DNA of 61,642 nt, filler included, from Diploschistes diacapsis (Eukaryota), in assembly GCA_023645945.1 (NCBI GenBank). It is 14 parts of 14 records of this genome, joined end to end, with 100 filler letters (N's around TTAATTAATTAA, not from the genome) between each part and the next. Parts side by side here need not be neighbours in the genome. Positions count along the whole stretch, not along the records: positions 47,841 to 50,527 come from JALAIB010002115.1; positions 50,628 to 53,310 come from JALAIB010002116.1; positions 53,411 to 56,090 come from JALAIB010002117.1; positions 56,191 to 58,870 come from JALAIB010002118.1; positions 58,971 to 61,642 come from JALAIB010002119.1; 9 more parts are not named here. One strand, given 5' to 3'. A program made the translations under genes and the position numbers. How positions within the stretch are numbered: the stretch's first letter is position 1; each line of letters opens with the position of its first letter. Positions 47,841 through 59,610 of the stretch are shown here, piece after piece. A model generated the notes under the pieces. The model was not told the origin of the DNA. It saw only the letters and a list, made by a program, of their open reading frames with translations, and did no database searches.

Positions 47841-49490
47841 GTAATAGATTATAAGGCCTCGATTGAACATAATATTCTAAAATTATTTATTTTAATTAAA
47901 TTAAGCTGGAAGAGGACGAATTATTTAAAGCTGATAGGGCCTGAGAGGAGCTAAATCAGACGCGTTAGGAATAGAAGGACGATATAGATCGTTAATAACG
48001 GACGTATAATTAATTTACGCGCCCAGAACCATATTCTTAAAATCTCTTATTATTCATTTCTTTTTACTTTTAAACATGTTTTTATTCTTCTTTATAAACT
48101 TATTTACAAGATTTTTAAAGATATCCTTTAAATTATCCATAAATTCCATACTATCGACCTTACTTTTCTTATCCTTTAAAAACGCATGTCTCTCCGAATT
48201 ATATTATTTATCAAGAATATCTTATATAAATCTAATATTTCCTTAAAATCGAAAATTACGGAAACTAAAATCTCCATCATATCACCTTCATATATACTTA
48301 ATAATCGCTTTAAAGTTATAAGAACTAAAATCATATTCTAAAACGAAATACTTATATAACAATTTCTAAACCTCTTTCTCCGATAACCCACAAATAAGGA
48401 TAATAACTGCCTCTCGACCGAAAAGGATACCCTATCTAAAAAGATTTTTGATCATAGTTTCAAATCTAGAACAAAAGTTTCGGAATCCCTCTTAACCATT
48501 ACGATATCTTATAACCAATTTTACCAGATAGGTCTTAATGTTCATCTATTACCGAATATTAAGATAAACGTAATCCCGAAGTAAGGCCTTTTTTAAAACA
48601 GCCTAGTCGCGCTTAATAAATTCAGAAAAAGCTTCAATTAATACACCAACAGATTCTTTACTATAATCAGGCAGACGGACAAAGAACTCTTTTACCGTTA
48701 TAAAATACTTCCGACAGAATCCTTCTTATTAGATAACAAACTTTAATATATCCTTATTAATAAAAAAAAAGAACTCCCGATGTATTTAACTTAGAAACGA
48801 GATATTAATAAAAAATATTCCTATACTCGTCGTCGGTGTTAAAACATTTTAAGCCGTATACACTAAAAATAACTTTAATCTTACATCCGTAAGTAATTTA
48901 TTTAATAACGGTTCTCCTTAAATAAACGTTCTTGATTGCTCGCTTCCTTCCAAAGGTACAACATCGGATTAACTGCCTATCTTTGACGGGATCTTAGGCC
49001 TAGGATCACGATATATCGCTTCTATATTAGCCGTGGTCGAATAGAGCATCCTAAGGATCCCTAAGACTACTAATACTTGAAAGGAATTGTAAGCTAATTA
49101 CGAAAAAAAGAAAGACGCGATAATCCATAAATAATCTTCCTAATTAATCTATAAACGATATAAAAAAAAAGAAAAACAATCCTCCTTTTTCGTCTCCTTA
49201 CGCTATTCCACCGCCTCCTTTTTTGTAAAGGTTAATACTACAGTGTGACAATAAGGCAGATAAGTGGCTATTCGGTGGCTAGGTCTCTGCTAGACGATAG
49301 ATGTATTGATGAAATAACTTCTGAAGAACTATCTCTATCTGCGAAAACTCTGTTCTTATATAAGAACACGCTAACGGGTCTTAATATATACTTGACATAC
49401 CTTTTAGTAGCCCCTTATTGGGTTTTACGTATTATAATTATTTTTTTCTTTTTAGCTCTGTCCTTAGAGCGTTTAATTCTCGTAACGTGC
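47841..49490 (-). mobile_element. Ty3/Gypsy 5' region (gag copy 2 and probable LTR ~49244-49490), RIP-degenerate
   Basis: EGFCRKY...RLPDYSKES...RD*AVLKKALLRDY gag-like frame; repeat of 39462-40490; putative LTR end GTCACA (minus) at 49244. Confidence 0.65.
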
Positions 49491-50627
49491 TTTTATTATT
49501 AGTTATACGATAATAAATCTTTAACGTGTCGTTAATCTTTTATGTCCTAATAATATTAATTATTAATATATAATTTTATTTAATGTTTATTAATTTTTAA
49601 CTAGCGCGTCGACGGCGAGTCGTTAATATTTTAATATATTATTATTATTGATTTACTGCTAACGTGGGTTTAGTATAAAAGCTTTATTTTTTTTATCTTT
49701 TCTTTTCTTTCTTTATTTTTATTCTCGTTAGTTACTTATTTTATTCTTATCGAATCTTTATTATTATGTCTAAGAGCGAAGACGTCTCTATTACTTTTAA
49801 AAATAAGGGCATTCGCTTTAGAAAAGTAAAAATAACGACGTATTATCATGTTATTGCTAATAAGCCAGCGCATCGTTACCCCGAAGTATGAGTTAAAGGA
49901 GTTCGTTTATATCCGGTATGCGAAGTAGATTTTGATTCGTTTATATTTTTATAGCGGTGTTTTAACGACTCGCTTAACTTACGACGTTTATTATAAAGAA
50001 TATTATGTTTATGAACCGGTAAACCGATGAGTTATAAACGAAATATTTATTAATTATTAAGATCCCGAATAAGTATATTTTTTAAATTATGAAACTATAA
50101 GTCATTCGTAACATCATTTTGGACGATAAGGGAATCGAGTAGGATATAAATAACAATAATAAAGCGATATAGACCGATTTTAATAAAAATATCGACGGGT
50201 ATGTGAAAACGGTTCAGAAGATAAAACTAATTATTTTATCTTTTAAATAAATAATGTTTTATCACGTTTCGTTATTTAATCGTAATAGGCCTAAAGGTTC
50301 GATAATTACGAACTTCTTTATCTTATACGAACGAAAACGCGTTAATCGCCTGATAAAAAAGATCGAAGTATAAAAGAAACGGCGGGATAACGTAAGCGAG
50401 TCGTTTAAAAAATTTATAAAAAAAATAAAAACGTTTTTGGAAGAAATGTCGTTCTATTTTAATAAAATCGCGAATAGTAGTATGTTTATTCTTATGTTAC
50501 CGCTTAATAAGTTTAATAATGACGTAGNNNNNNNNNNNNNNNNNNNNNNNNNNNNNNNNNNNNNNNNNNNNTTAATTAATTAANNNNNNNNNNNNNNNNN
50601 NNNNNNNNNNNNNNNNNNNNNNNNNNN

Positions 50628-51262
50628 TCCTTAACGTTCTTCGGGATTAATTATCTAAGAATTAAATCTATTTTCTTCGGATCGATTTATCGCCCTCTCG
50701 TTTTATAACGTGTTTTAAAAAGTTAACTTCTGTTTTATAAAATGCGTATTTCTTTGATTTTAATCGGAAGTCGTATTTATCAAAACGTTAAAGTATTTTT
50801 ATAATCTTTTATCGATGATTCTTGAGGGTTTCGCTAGAATAAATTGAACTATCGTTTAGATAAAAAATAAAGTAATCGTTTAACATGTCGCGAAATATAT
50901 CATTTATAAACTTCTACTCGATTACTAAAATATTAATTAATTCGAAAAGTATTATTAAATATTCGATAAATTTATAACGTTTTTTAAATACTGTTATTTA
51001 TTTTTTATTTTCCTTTATTCGAATAAGGTTAAAGTTTCTTCATCGGTTCATCTTTATAAACCATTTTACGCCGTATAATCGATCTCGTACTTCTTAAATG
51101 TTGCATATGAGATATCGGTTCTTCACGATAATAATATTAAGCTTCCGGAAATCGATATAGGGTCGATAAATATACCTAACTTTGCCGGTAGGTTTCGATA
51201 CGAAAATAATTAGAAATAATACGGATAATTTTGATTTCCGACATAACCTTTTTTAAACATTT
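50628..51262 (-). mobile_element. Ty3/Gypsy reverse transcriptase fragment, RIP-degenerate
   Basis: IDFRKLN, FYLND (YLDD with G>A), EVNFLKHVI; homologous to 34073-34675. Confidence 0.88.
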
Positions 51263-52550
51263 TGGAACATCCTGAACGTTTAGGGTTCAAGGGTTGAACC
51301 CCCTAGGGCTGAAGGGCTGACCTGGGGAAGTATTTATACCTCGCTACTTCTCATCTAGTTAGTTTCTTCTTTACCTTTTCGAATCCGAACCATTCAGCCT
51401 ACAGATGCCTAGTTACACGTAATCCTTCCGGATCAGGCTCAGCCCCCGGTATTGTAGCACCTATTCCTGTAGGGGCGTTCTACATTCGAAAAGGTCCTTC
51501 AGGCCTACCTGTTCGGCTTCGGACCTGAAGTATTCAGCCTACATTACCTACCTACCTACCTATAAGAAGAATCTAGACCTATTCTTATCTGATGCTGCCT
51601 ACGTGAGCTGGCGCGTTTTTGAAGATGAAATGCTACCCAGTAGCTGGTCTACGACACCTAGGAGCGACGAAAAACCTCCTACGACAAGCAAAAGATCGAT
51701 TAATCAGAACCTTCGATCAAATCAGTATTCAGCTATAACTGAAGTGCTAGATCTAGTCTTATCTATCGCGATAAAACATCACCTAAGCGAATAACCTGGT
51801 AGTAGTAGATCTACGACACACCCACTTAAACGACGAAAAGCTCTTACGAAGAACTTACGACAACGATGTCGATCAATAAGATTAAAGATCTTATTTAATC
51901 AATTACGATGAAAGAGCTTGGGGTCCTATACAGATTGAACACATCCTTTGAACCTTTCGAACCTTCATTTCATCAACAAACAAACCTTCATTTCGGTATC
52001 TTTCAAAAGCGATTTCTACTGCCACGACTACTACTGCTACTACTGCTTTTCGCTCTAAGAATCGCCTATTTTCAGTACTATTGGTCTAATAACACCTATT
52101 TACGACGCCGAAACTAGACGGTGAGGGATACTGCCGAAAAAGTAAGGTCGGGCACGTGACTACGTGTTTAGTACGGGTTAAAAAGAATAGAGGGAAAAGG
52201 GACTGGACTAGGCCGAAAAGAGTATTAGGGTATAAGAAGAACAAATATCCGAATTAGGAAAGAGGTTTTGTTTTAGTTTAGTTTAGTTTTGTTGTTAGGG
52301 GACAGCAATAGTTTGGAAAGGGGGATAGTGGAACATCCTGAACGTTTGTGGGTTCAGGGTTTGAATCCCGTAGGGCGGTAGGGCTGGCACCCATTTTATT
52401 TATTTGTGCCTTCTTTCCACCTGGATAGTTTCTTCTTTACCTTTTCGAATCTGAACCATTCAGCCTACAGATGCCCAGTTACACGTAATCATTCCGGATC
52501 AGGCTCAGCCCCCGGTAGTGTAGCACCTATGCCTGTAGGGGCGTTCTAAA
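51263..52550 (+). mobile_element. Short non-autonomous LTR element (TRIM-like), 1288 bp
   Basis: Two 222-bp direct repeats (51263-51484, 52329-52550), TGGAAC...GTTCTACA; polypurine tract GGAAAGGGGGATAG directly before the second LTR; no gag/pol recognised inside. Confidence 0.75.
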
Positions 52551-53129
52551 TTTCGATAACATGATCCTAAGATTTATATTTAAATACAACTCTTAAATCT
52601 AACTTTTTAAAAAGAAATAAAATTATTAATAATATTCTTTATAGATTTCTAAAAGATAATTGTCTTTTTCTTATTAGTATTCTTATTGACGGGTATCTTT
52701 ACTTCACGATATCGAGTTTGTTAATTAGGATTTCTCTAAAACCGATTCGAGAAATATTACGTAATACTTCTACCTTATCCACCGTAATCGCCATAATTTT
52801 ATATAAACTGGATATATTAATATATACACATCCATTTAACTTAAAAGTTCGTGTCTTAAAATCAATTGTCTGGTTATAGATATTTAGTTGGAAATCGTCC
52901 AAAATAAAGTCGTATTCTGTTATATCGATAATAAAAAAGGCAAATTCTTTAACATACTCTTAAATCCTTAGTATCAACGGCCCCGTCTATTTAGTAATTT
53001 ATAGGGCACGACGTGCTATTACGGTTCCGAATATATAAGCTTTTTTTAATTCATAACTCTTCACCTGCAACCTTTGCGCATATGGGGTTAAAATGGCATT
53101 CATGGTATACCGAGATCGACCAGCACCCG
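52551..53129 (-). mobile_element. Ty3/Gypsy protease region, RIP-degenerate
   Basis: RVLVDLG (LVDSG-like), FFIIDITEYDFIL, NQTIDFKTR, *DHVIE. Confidence 0.7.
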
Positions 53130-53131
53130 TA

Positions 53132-53310
53132 ACGTGTTTCACGGGGATTCCGGCCACCCCTAGATTCCGGCCATTTTAAATCATTATTTTCATCTTATAT
53201 TCGATCTTTCTTAATAATGACTACCTCGTATGGTAATAATTTCGATTTTAATAGAATTTAATATTAACGACTGTTTATAGGTCCTAAAATCATATCAATA
53301 TATTAATATT
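53132..53310 (+). mobile_element. pogo/Fot1-like transposon terminus
   Basis: TA|ACGTGTTTCAC start identical to 5140, followed by two GATTCCGGCCA direct repeats; interrupts the Gypsy protease. Confidence 0.65.
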
Positions 53311-53410
53311 NNNNNNNNNNNNNNNNNNNNNNNNNNNNNNNNNNNNNNNNNNNNTTAATTAATTAANNNNNNNNNNNNNNNNNNNNNNNNNNNNNNNNNN
53401 NNNNNNNNNN

Positions 53411-54012
53411 TTGCCCTCCATCTTCACCCTCCGCCTCTGCAGCGTCTCCGCCAACCACTCCTCAAATTCCATCTCCACATCCCTCGCGCTCCGGCCCGTG
53501 CCGTCCACACCCAGGCCGCCGCGGACCTTCCTGCGCAGGTCGTCTATCGAGCTGATGTCGAACGCCCAGAGCATGCCGCTCGTGAACATTATCAAGCCCG
53601 AGGCCACGTTCAGGGTGGCGATCTGGAGCGCCTGGAAGGCTTCGAAGGCGGGGTTGACGCCGTGCTCCGGGGGGAGGTTGGAAGGGCGATAAAAGAGGGG
53701 CCAGGTGGCGCGGTGACGGTGGACCAGGGCGCGCCGGGTCAGGATGGAGGAGAAGGCGAGGAGGGTGGAGCCGAGGAAGAAGAAGGAGAGCTGTTTGCGG
53801 GAGCGGCGGCTGCTGACGGATTCCCAGAGGGTTTGCGGTTCGTCCGGTGGCGGCGTCGTCGTTTGGCCTGCTTGGGAGGCTGGTGCGGAGGATGTTGCGG
53901 AGGATTGTGGTTGCGGTTGCTGGGGAGGCGTGTCTGCGGGAGACGGCGACACGGTGTTTTGGGTCGCCGAGGGACTTGTGCTTGCGGGCTTGGAGGCGAA
54001 AAGGAAGGACAT
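53411..54012 (-). CDS. AIM11: Aim11 mitochondrial membrane protein (3'-truncated by gap)
   Basis: RSRKQLSFFFLG...LTRRAL, AFQALQIATLNV, GMLWAFDISSIDDLRRKVR; two hydrophobic segments. Confidence 0.8.
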
Positions 54013-54510
54013 TATGAGGGTTTACTCAATAGCTCGGACGCGCGTGCATTGAGATGGGAAGAGAGAGAGATTTTGGGAAGCTTCGAGTATCTCTCCGTGA
54101 GCAGAATGTCGGGCTTGGCCGAGTCAAAATTCAAACGCCGCAAGCGCCTCCACAAAAACCAGCTGACTCAGCCCGATTCGAAGAGTTGAAGGGGTCCTCC
54201 TGAAACGCTGAAGACCGCTTCCTCACTTGCACTTCAAGATAATCCTAATTTAAGCTTGTTTCCCATCTTGTCTTTGTACTAGACTTGCAACCTGATCGTC
54301 TTTTTCAATTACAACTTCCTCGTCGCCCTTGCGCATAGAACCTTTATTGCAACAGTCTCGGGAGACTGCGCATTGTTTGGACTTGCTTTCTGCCACGTCT
54401 CCTGTACCAACGACTTCCTTAAAAAGTGGACTACGACGATGAGGTTATAGTATTGGTCGCCACTATCGAAACTGGTCCTGTTCTACCCTTTGTTATTCAG
54501 TGCCATAAGA

Positions 54511-56044
54511 ATGGTGACCTCGATTCAAGATAGGACGCAGGAATTCCAGGCTATTCTAGCCCAAGCCCGCCGGAAACAGAAAGTCGGCAAAGGCACCCGA
54601 GAGCCCCTCCTTACAGAGTCACAACAACGAGCGGCGAATGGGTCGCCAGTGTCGGCAGATGGCAGGACTACAAGACGGGGGGCGCGCTCAGAGTTTGCGC
54701 GGCAAGCGGCGCAGATTGGCCGGGGGATCACAGGGACACAAGAGAAGCTGCTGAGGCTGGCGCAGTGTGGGTACTCTTCTGTACAATACAATGGGCGGCA
54801 GCGTATGCTGACTCCGAGAAGTGGCCAAAAAACGCACCTTGTTCGACGACAGGCCTGTTGAAATTGCTGAGGTGATAGAGAAGTCCGGTCATTGAGCGGC
54901 AGTAAGACTGACGGATGGCGTACAGCTTACCTATATCATCAAACAAGATCTCAGCCAGCTGAACTCCTCGATATCCTCTCTTCAGTCACTCTCGAAGTCG
55001 CAACACCCGAAGTCGGCAGCAACAGGCGTGGATCAAGTAGGGGAACACAACAAGAATGTCCGTCTTCCACTCTCGCATCGCCATCTTCCAGCTCTCTCCC
55101 CCTATTGCCCCCCTGCTTGCCCCATTAATTCCATGTGCCACACTTACCCCAACTATCGTCCTCCCAGCATCCCTTCGCTGCGCTAACTTCTCTCCTACCC
55201 CCGCTAACGCTCGCCAGGTCGTAGTCCTCCTGCAAGGCAAACTCGCCGATGTCTCCGTCAACTTCAAAGACGTGCTCGAAACGCGCACCAAGAACATCCA
55301 AGCGTCCCGCAGCCGCACCGAAAACTTCGTCTCCTCCGTCTCCGCCTCCTCCCACGCCTCCATCAACCCCTACCAGTCCGCCTCGCCGCTCTACAGCACG
55401 ACGCCGATAAAATCTCCCTCGCCGAGTCCCGGCTACGGCGGCGCCAACAATGGTGATTTGCTGGGCCTGGAGCCCAGCTCGGCCATGGCGCTGCCCAACC
55501 CGAGGGATGGCGGCAACGCGGAGCAGCAGGCGCTTATGCTGGAGGAGGGGCAGCCGGCGAATACGTATATCAATCAGCGGGGGGAGGCGATCGAGGTGAG
55601 TTGCCGCTTCTAGCCAGCCTTTGCTCGCGTGAGGCTGACGGCGTTCAACCAGGCCATAGAGCGCACAATCAACGAATTAGGTGAGTCCAGCTTCAGTCCA
55701 CCGTCCACTTCCAGTTGCAGTTTGCCTTACCCCTTATCTCATTGAACAAAAGCCTTCTCCATTCTCTCCCCATTTCTTCTTCCCCCTTCACCCTTTAATC
55801 CAGCCCACCAACTGAATCCTATCCAGGCGGCATCTTCGGCCAACTGGCCGCCATGGTCTCGGAGCAGGGCAACCAGATCGAGCGCATCGACGCGACGACC
55901 GAGGACATCGTGGACAACGTCGAGGGTGCGCAGCGCGAGCTGATGAAGTACTGGAGCCGCGTGAGCGGGAACCGGTGGCTGGTGGCCAAGATGTTTGGCG
56001 TGCTGATGGTTTTCTTTTTGGTTTGGGTTTTGGTTGCGGGGTAG
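54511..56044 (+). CDS. SED5: Golgi syntaxin Sed5 (syntaxin 5), multi-exon
   Basis: IQDRTQEF N-peptide, RSEFARQAAQIGRGI, FKDVLETRTKNIQASRSRTENF, SNARE motif MVSEQGNQIERID, C-terminal TM NRWLVAKMFGVLMVFFLVWVLV. Confidence 0.95.
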
Positions 56045-56881
56045 GGTGCATGAGCTCAGTTGGACGGGGATATGGAGAGGGGGATGGGATNNNNNNNNNN
56101 NNNNNNNNNNNNNNNNNNNNNNNNNNNNNNNNNNTTAATTAATTAANNNNNNNNNNNNNNNNNNNNNNNNNNNNNNNNNNNNNNNNNNNNCTATAAGTGA
56201 CATGCATTTGTATGCAAATTACATAGAGATCTAGGTACCTGGCAGAGCCACAGCGAGCTAGGCAGAATGCATCACTAGGGCGCCACCAAATATGTTACAC
56301 AATTTTACAGTAGGCAGAATAGCACATACCGTGGTTACGACATTGTGCTTGTTGGTGGTTCCTTTGCAGCAGGGTTTTTTTTTTCTTTTTTCTTTCGCGA
56401 ATTCGCCATCGTAAGTTCTTCATAACACTGTTCTAGGCCGAACGAAAAAGGGTTCGACATCAAGAGGAGATTTGCTTCCAAGGACTGAATACACTATACA
56501 TCCCATGTTGAGCTGCCAAGAGAACCAAGAGAACCAAGAAAAATCTAGACAATGATCGCCCATTTCAGGCCACGGTCAACATCTTCCCGACTCTTTTCTC
56601 GTATGTTTTTCAGATGACATGTGGGTCTGATAGTCTGCATCCAACGGTTTTCTGATCTCAGAGATACGCGTTTTTCTCTCCCTTGTTGAAGCAGTGTTAT
56701 CACAGTCCTTTGGGCCGTTGAAGAGGCCCTGCTACCCCACCATATCGGTGCCAAGCAGTCGGCAAAGCCCGAAAGCTCTTTCGGAAGCTCGACAACAGCA
56801 CAGATCTTTGTCAAGAGAGCTCCGTCTCGCTCTCCGGCTTCCCCCAAAGCGAAGCTAGAGAGGCGGGGCGCCGCTTTTCCA

Positions 56882-58448
56882 ATGACCGATCAAGCCTCAG
56901 ATATTCCCAAGCTAAATCTACCTACCTCGCCCGATCCTCCGGACCAGAATGCCCAGCAGAACAATGACGGCATCACGCCCCCGTCGGCCAAGATAAGCTT
57001 CATCGACCCACGACAGGAGGAGAGGAGACCTTCGATACAGTTCTGTGTCCAACAGTCAGAGAGCCTGCTGCGAAACGACAGCCCCCGACCAAGTCGCTTG
57101 AGGGCCTCTTCTCGTCGATTATCTTCCCCGCCTCCACCATCGTGAGTCTCCCCTTCGGGTATCCATGCCACCAGCAGTGCAGCACAGTGCACCTGATCGC
57201 TTGTTTTGCTGGACACTCCCCGCTTCGAGCCGTTTGTACCACTTTCACACATTGCGCATGTTTCTACCGAGTACGACGTCCTAGGTTTCGGGTCCCGAGC
57301 TCTTTGGTGGACATGGTGCTGATCGCGGCTGCTGATAGAACCTACGAGAACCGCGTATCCTTCGACACCTTCGACAACAAAGACACGAAAGACTCAAACT
57401 TCACTTTGAGGTCGAAGCACCGACACTACACTTACACCGCCCGTTCACGTACCTTCCTATGCGGAACGGATCAGAATGACTATTCGGAGTTCGCGCTGGA
57501 GTGGTTGCTCGACGAGCTGGTGGATGATGGGGACGAGGTGGTCTGCTTGAGGGTCGTGGACAAAGACAGCAAGCTCAGCAGTACGGAGGAGGGACGATAC
57601 CGGACAGAGGCGCACAAGCTGTTGCAGCAAATCCAGATCAAGACTAAGGACGACGACAAGAGCATCAGCCTGGTGCTCGAGTTTGCGGTCGGCAAGGTCC
57701 AAGAGAGCATTCAAAGCATGGTATGCCGTAGACGCCCCGAAGGTACAGGGTAGCTAACCCAAGCCAGATCAAAATATACGAGCCGGCGTGCCTCATCGTC
57801 GGAACTCGAGGTCGGTCTCTCAATGGCATACAAGGACTACTTCCCGGCTCGGTGTCCAAATACTGCCTCCAAAACTCCCCGGTCCCGGTAATCGTAGTGC
57901 GGCCCTCGTCCAAGCGGGAGAAGAAGAAGCGCAAGCGTCGCAACGACCCCACGCGCCGGACGTACATGGATATTCTTGAGAAGACCGGCGAGAAGGGTCG
58001 CAACGTGTTCAACCGTATCGAGACCGAGAAAGCCCCGGCCGAAGTCAGCGCCGAGGCTAGCCAGAGGGAAGCCGAGGCGGTGGCGCGCGCGATCGGTATA
58101 CCCACGGAGTACTCTGCTTCGACGGTATTGAAGCGAAAGGGCTCACGAGCTTCCGAACTGAGCGAAGGCGCCCCGCTGTCAAAAACCGTTAGCGCGAGAA
58201 GCGACTATACTAGCGGGCCAGAAAGTCCGAGCCCGACCGGCGGCCTGAGTCCCGACATGAGTCTGATGGACGAGTCCAAGAGCCCGGACATCGAGTATTT
58301 CCCTGGTCCGGAGTCGGAAGCGGACGATGAGGATGAGGAAACTCGGGGAGAAGAGAGGCCCGGAGCGGGGGATGAAGAAGCGGCGGCGGCAACGGAGCAA
58401 GATGCGCCTTCCATTCCGGAACTTAAGGTAGGCAAGGATGTGTTGTGA
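56882..58448 (+). CDS. Universal stress protein (USP) domain protein, multi-exon
   Basis: SRTFLCGTDQNDYSEFALEWLLDELVDDGD, LIVGTRGRSL, LPGSVSKYCLQNSPVPVIVVRP; introns near 57143-57338 and 57721-57767. Confidence 0.9.
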
Positions 58449-58970
58449 GCGTGCCGCAAGACACTGCCCACGACCCGGGCTTGAGCTGATTTTTACTTGT
58501 ATCGTGTCTCTGGATGGCGTGGTGGGGGGGTGGTGTCAACATAAGCAGCGCACTTGCGCGAACCAGAAGAAGAAGAAGAAGAAGAAGGGTCTCGCAGAGG
58601 TTGGAAGAGCAGCTAGGATGCATGAACATGGGGTCTCAGATCGAGCTACGGTCGTCAAAGATAGCACTTAGGGAGTTGGCATTGTTCACCACCATCTTAG
58701 AAGCAACCATCTGTTTGGTGCGCGCAAATACCCCCCTTGGAATCGAATCTATCTATTTTCGTGCAACTCCGCGGCGGCCTTGTATCTATTTACGCAAAGG
58801 CCCAAACAAAGCAGAAATGTAAATCCGACAAGCTCATATACGCCTCGACCCAAATCCCCCACCGCTATCCNNNNNNNNNNNNNNNNNNNNNNNNNNNNNN
58901 NNNNNNNNNNNNNNTTAATTAATTAANNNNNNNNNNNNNNNNNNNNNNNNNNNNNNNNNNNNNNNNNNNN

Positions 58971-59610
58971 AAATTATTAATATTATTTCTAATTATTTTC
59001 GTATCGAAACCTAACGGTAGAAAAAAGTAAATTTTTTAACCCTATATCGACTTCCGGAAGTTTAACGTTATCATTATAAAAAATCGTTATTCCATATCGA
59101 ACATTTAAGAGTTACGAGATCGATTATATGGCGTATTATAGTATACGAAATTAGATTAACGAGCAGGCTTTAATTTCATAAGGATAAAAAAGAACGAAAA
59201 ATAGAAAACAATATTTAAAATACATTACGAGTTATTTAAATATTTAATAATGTTTATTGAATTTATTAACGTATTAATTATCGAATAAGAATTTATGAAC
59301 GATATATTACGCGATATTCTAAACGAGTACGTTATCTCGTACTTAAACGATACTTTAATCTATTTTAACGGTACACTCGAGGATTATCGACAAAAAATTA
59401 AAGAAATATTTCGACGATTCGATAAATATAAACTTCGCTTAAAATTAAAGAAATACGCATTCTATAAAATAGAAGTCGACTTCTTAAGACACGTTATAAG
59501 GTAAGAAGACGTTAAAATCGACTTAAAAAAATATAATCGATTCTTAAATAATCAATCTTAAAAAACGTAAAAGATATCTAATCTTTTTTAAAATTCGTTA
59601 ACTATAATCG
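58971..59610 (+). mobile_element. Ty3/Gypsy reverse transcriptase fragment, RIP-degenerate
   Basis: IDFRKFN, FMNDILRDILNEYVISYLND, EVDFLRHVI, KFVNYNR; interrupted by the LTR at 59611. Confidence 0.9.

Noticed and set aside
49500..50527. AT-rich, CpG-rich block, probably another RIP-mutated element
   Set aside because: No diagnostic motif or boundary recognised, so left unannotated.
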